A stretch of 6,075 nt of DNA. It comes from a virus. Made by a program: the position numbers and the translations under genes. The notes below the pieces were generated by a model. It made no database searches. It had not been told where the DNA came from and saw nothing but the letters and a program-made list of their open reading frames with translations. This document shows, in pieces, positions 5,600 through 6,075 of this stretch (the first letter of the stretch is position 1; every line of letters begins with the position of its first letter). The stretch lies in IMG/VR virus record IMGVR_UViG_3300020030_000065, positions 1 through 6,075 of that record. One strand, given 5' to 3'.

Positions 5600-6075
5600 T
5601 TAGACCATACGGTTAAATATATTATTAGCATCATTAAGCTTCTTATGCTTAATCATATCACGACAGAATGTTGCACTACGGAACCTGAGTTGGTCAAGGA
5701 TCTGAATTGTTTCACGTGAAATATTCGACAAGACATCAATCTCTTGCCCGTTCTGAGGCAACGCAAACATACAATCTGAGATTTCAGGGTATTGGGCACG
5801 GATGTTATATGCATCTCGTAGACTTTCATAATTTTTTTTCGTCTCATATTCTATTCCAGTTTTGACGATAAACATAATACGATTGGCATAAGGATCAAGA
5901 TTATCACCGATGGAAGGCAGATGCCAATTCCTAAGAAACTTACTGACATGAAGGAATAGCCGATACAACTTATTAATATAAGATTTAATATCGACATCAG
6001 AAGAACTGTTACAGAGCCGAGTAAGGCACCGAGCATTATGTAATATAATTTCGTCTTCATTGGTTAGGTGATGAT
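5600..6075 (-). CDS. VP4: Replication initiation protein VP4, C-terminal portion (stop at 5600-5602). 5955-6075 duplicates 1-121, so the unique part is 5600-5954.
   Basis: Track ORF 5600-5968 starts only at an internal TTG. The frame stays open to the window end and is in phase with the 1-1325 segment across the 5954-bp circle: 1325 + 355 = 1680 nt, which is 559 codons plus a stop. Confidence 0.9.
   Translation of the reverse strand, partial: HHLTNEDEIILHNARCLTRLCNSSSDVDIKSYINKLYRLFLHVSKFLRNWHLPSIGDNLDPYANRIMFIVKTGIEYETKKNYESLRDAYNIRAQYPEISDCMFALPQNGQEIDVLSNISRETIQILDQLRFRSATFCRDMIKHKKLNDANNIFNRMV
5955..6075. repeat. Terminal direct repeat, copy 2 (identical to 1-121)
   Basis: Same comparison as for copy 1. 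Confidence 0.95.

Noticed and set aside
5851-6060. A 69-aa, extremely hydrophobic ORF overprinted inside the Rep 3' region; tempting as a phiX174 E-like overprinted lysis gene
   Set aside because: Rep's codon position 3 coincides with this ORF's position 2, so the T3 bias of Rep by itself yields a run of hydrophobic codons. Comparable off-frame ORFs of 60-196 aa occur throughout the genome. I know of no independent support. It can only be excluded for certain by conservation or dN/dS analysis.
1-6075. Alternative genetic code or stop-codon reassignment as the explanation for the missing Rep ORF
   Set aside because: It is unnecessary. Every gene, including the junction-spanning Rep, is an uninterrupted ORF under the standard code.
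1-6075. tRNA, CRISPR array, integrase, transposase or toxin-antitoxin content
   Set aside because: I saw no cloverleaf or T-arm (GTTCRA) signature in the non-coding region on either strand and no spaced direct-repeat array. No ORF has recombinase or toxin motifs. The only long repeat is the assembly overlap.

Overview
The window is one complete circular ssDNA microvirus genome (family Microviridae). The unit length is 5954 bp, linearised with a 121-bp terminal overlap (1-121 is identical to 5955-6075). All real genes lie on the window's minus strand and are tightly packed, with ATGA overlaps and 2-15 nt gaps. In sense order they are: major capsid VP1 (3845-5584), a 147-aa acidic protein (3389-3832), pilot protein VP2 (2289-3392), a ~390-nt non-coding region (1901-2288), a 64-aa orphan (1706-1900), a 27-aa single-TM peptide (1633-1716), an M15-type zinc peptidase (1328-1636), and a 559-aa HUH Rep (VP4). 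Rep starts at 1325, runs off the left edge and finishes at 5600 across the circular junction. The ORF track misses it for that reason, and I recovered it by hand translation. No gene has a Shine-Dalgarno sequence, codons are strongly T-ending, Rep is large, and there is a Bacteroides-style -33/-7 promoter candidate. Together these suggest a Bacteroidota-infecting, Alpavirinae-like virus, but this is inference. Two things stand out. The first is a ~250-nt G+C-rich, hairpin-dense block (about 2040-2288) with homopolymer runs and a repeated CGCTCC/GGAGCG hexamer inside an otherwise AT-rich genome. It could be a structured RNA, an ssDNA origin, or both. The second is a translationally coupled TM-peptide plus M15 peptidase pair that looks like a two-component lysis module. 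I found no tRNA, rRNA, CRISPR array or transposase.
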